This document shows, piece after piece, positions 62,917 through 64,000 of a stretch of DNA of 64,000 nucleotides. The translations under genes were made by a program, and so were the position numbers. The notes under the pieces were generated by a model. The model searched no databases. It had not been told where the DNA came from and saw nothing but the letters and a program-made list of their open reading frames with translations. The DNA comes from a virus. The DNA lies in the IMG/VR virus record IMGVR_UViG_3300021962_000068, positions 16,738-80,737 of that record. The stretch is one strand, 5' to 3'. Every line of letters starts with the position of its first letter. Position 1 is the first letter of the stretch.

Positions 62917-63612
62917 ATGGCTAAACCACAATATTTTCTGATTGTCGATACCGAAACCACGATTCAAGATACCGTGTTTGATTTTGCTGCGGTACTGGTA
63001 AATCGTCGCGGCGATATCGTCAAGCAATGCGCGGTTATTGTACGCGAATCCCTTAATACTGAATTGTTTTTTGACTCCAATGCAGACTCGCACTTCTCGA
63101 AAAAATCACTTACTCGTCGCCACGATAATTATAATCGTATGCTTGATAATGGTTCGCGTATTATCGCTTCTGCTGCTGCAATTAATCGCTGGCTCGAGCG
63201 TGTTAATACCCAATATAAGCCCGAATTGACTGCATATAATCTTGCTTTCGATTTGACTAAATCTCGTAATACTGGTATTGACCTAGATATTTTTGCAAAG
63301 CGATTTTGCCTTTGGCAATTAGCTGTCGGGCATTTTGCTAAAACCCATAAATACCGCAGATTTGTTTTGCAAAACCACCTATTTAATCCGCCGACTAAAC
63401 ACGGCAATATGACCTACAAAACCAATGCCGAGGTTATGTCGAGTTTTGTTTGCGGCGAAATGTTACCGCCCGAACCGCATACCGCATTGGAAGATATTAT
63501 TCATTATGAATTGCCGATTTTGGTTGCAATTGCCAAACGTGATAACTGGCGCGAGCGTGCTACTAATTATGATTGGCAGCAATTTCAAGTAAAAGATAAC
63601 TTTGGGATTTAA
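62917..63612 (+). CDS. DEDDh (DnaQ-like) 3'-5' exonuclease
   Basis: IVDTET ExoI, AYNLAFD ExoII, HTALED ExoIII; ATG at 62917. Confidence 0.85.
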   Translation: MAKPQYFLIVDTETTIQDTVFDFAAVLVNRRGDIVKQCAVIVRESLNTELFFDSNADSHFSKKSLTRRHDNYNRMLDNGSRIIASAAAINRWLERVNTQYKPELTAYNLAFDLTKSRNTGIDLDIFAKRFCLWQLAVGHFAKTHKYRRFVLQNHLFNPPTKHGNMTYKTNAEVMSSFVCGEMLPPEPHTALEDIIHYELPILVAIAKRDNWRERATNYDWQQFQVKDNFGI

Positions 63613-63940
63613 TATGCAACAATTTATTTTTGATTTAATCCACGAATTAGAAATTCGCAAACCCGTTGATATTAAATTATCAACCCGTCGCTCTAAAATA
63701 TCCGGATTATATGATCCTATATATTCTGATTCGGGCCGGCTAAAATCACATAAGATAACCATTTGGCTAGATAAAGATAATCGCCCATTAAAAACTTTAA
63801 TTGCTCACGAATTAATCCATGCCTGGCAGGAAGAAAATAAAAAGCAGGATATACATGGAGAATCTTTTCGAGATTTGGCGCAATATCTAGAATCTAAATA
63901 TAATATGCGCGATATATTCGATCCTGAATTAGACGATTAA
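63602..63940 (+). CDS. SprT-like zinc metalloprotease (probable ATG 63614)
   Basis: IAHELIHAWQ followed by HGESF. Confidence 0.75.
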   Translation: MGFNMQQFIFDLIHELEIRKPVDIKLSTRRSKISGLYDPIYSDSGRLKSHKITIWLDKDNRPLKTLIAHELIHAWQEENKKQDIHGESFRDLAQYLESKYNMRDIFDPELDD

Positions 63941-63946
63941 TCACAC

Positions 63947-63970
63947 AAAACCCGGTTATTTCCGGGTTTT
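63947..63970. terminator. Bidirectional intrinsic terminator
   Basis: AAAACCCGG-N6-CCGGGTTTT. Confidence 0.75.
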
Positions 63971-64000
63971 ATTTTGCCTATTTTTTAGGCAAAATGGCGC
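63971..64000. repeat. Start of pre-early cassette copy 5 (truncated by window edge)
   Basis: ATTTTGCCTA-TTTTT-TAGGCAAAAT hairpin (same core as 62322-62348) followed by GGCGC. Confidence 0.7.

Noticed and set aside
59253-63762. Minus-strand ORFs in the pre-early region as targets of the antisense promoters
   Set aside because: They overlap better-supported plus-strand genes, lack RBSs, and several start inside the cassette itself
59189-64000. Repeated elements as a CRISPR array or integron attC sites
   Set aside because: Copies are 0.9-1.6 kb apart, separated by whole gene clusters, and degenerate; no cas or integrase gene and no clear attC core sites
59100-64000. Restriction-site avoidance or T5-type GCGC nick sites in the first-injected DNA
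   Set aside because: GATC, CTAG and even GCGGCCGC occur here; GCGC in the cassettes is explained by the discriminator and nicks cannot be inferred from sequence alone
1-64000. tRNA cluster typical of T5-like phages
   Set aside because: No cloverleaf recognised in the few intergenic gaps; any cluster would lie outside this window (tRNAscan-SE would confirm)

Overview
A 64-kb segment of a lytic, T5-like siphophage (Demerecviridae-like gene order) with an AT-rich backbone and sigma70-type promoters. (1) 1-10078, + strand: end of the replication/recombination block (family A DNA polymerase C-terminus, D10 helicase, D11 SSB, D12/D13 SbcD/SbcC-like nuclease with a glutaredoxin inserted between them, D14, D15 flap endonuclease, dUTPase, class II ribonucleotide reductase), ending at a bidirectional terminator. 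(2) 10112-59030, - strand: late region. It holds terminase, portal, an in-frame prohead protease-major capsid fusion, head/tail completion, major tail protein, frameshifted chaperones, tape measure protein, a lambda-like tail tip with an NlpC/P60-I-J fusion, three fibre/adhesin modules that share sequence modules, and a holin-lysozyme-PhoH cassette. (3) ~59100-64000, + strand: probable pre-early/terminal-repeat region of small genes (two A2-like DNA-binding paralogs, HEXXH proteins, HAD phosphatase, PQ-loop protein, DEDDh exonuclease). The most unusual feature lies between these pre-early gene clusters. A composite non-coding cassette recurs four times, and a fifth copy is cut by the window edge. 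Each copy carries an ANTISENSE TTGACA-N18-(-10) promoter; copies 2-4 also have a palindrome over the -10, a GC-rich discriminator and a hairpin at the predicted +1. Next come TTCC-N7-GGAA boxes and a sense promoter. Also notable is a candidate -1 frameshift (G GTT TTT) splitting a putative adhesin gene. No tRNA, rRNA, CRISPR array, integrase or reverse transcriptase was recognised. All product calls rest on motif recognition and synteny by eye, not database searches.
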